This document shows positions 34,241 through 34,268 of a DNA stretch of 34,268 nucleotides, piece by piece. The DNA is from Octopus bimaculoides (taxonomy: Eukaryota). Below the pieces are notes generated by a model. It did no database searches and was not told where the DNA came from. It saw only the letters and a list, made by a program, of their open reading frames with translations. Numbering within the stretch: the stretch's first letter is position 1; each line of letters starts with the position of its first letter. Made by a program: the position numbers and the translations under genes. The stretch spans positions 9,550,705-9,584,972 of the forward strand of contig NC_068995.1 of assembly GCF_001194135.2 (NCBI RefSeq), in the 5' to 3' direction.

Positions 34241-34268
34241 CACACACAGATATATATATATATATATA

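Overview
Eukaryotic, very AT-rich, gap-rich scaffold segment. N gaps lie at 3560-3828, 7914-8089, 13008-13430, 21366-21375, 22391-22866, 26153-26725, 27211-27220 and 32485-32740. The dense microsatellites and the tRNA-derived SINE families resemble an Octopus (cephalopod) genome; this is inferred from my recollection of the repeat families, not from a search. Almost all ORFs in the supplied track are microsatellite or gap artefacts. Recognisable content: (i) at least 10 copies or fragments of one ~220-bp tRNA-head SINE (family A), mostly in head-to-tail clusters; (ii) three or four other SINE types that share modules; (iii) decayed LINE pieces (CR1/L2-type RT and APE endonuclease, RTE-type RT tail, and a ~400-bp RTE-derived non-autonomous element); (iv) a Tc1/mariner TIR; (v) a 10-unit 56/59-bp minisatellite; (vi) a foldback with 87-bp arms next to a hammerhead-like motif. 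No complete gene is provable. Candidate pieces of spliced genes are a 5' exon donor at 2052, a 26-nt ATG-containing micro-exon at 3061-3086 with textbook splice sites, a terminal exon encoding a tail-anchor TM helix at 20474-20643, and an ETS-CRE/YY1 promoter at about 25540-25590 that may be bidirectional.
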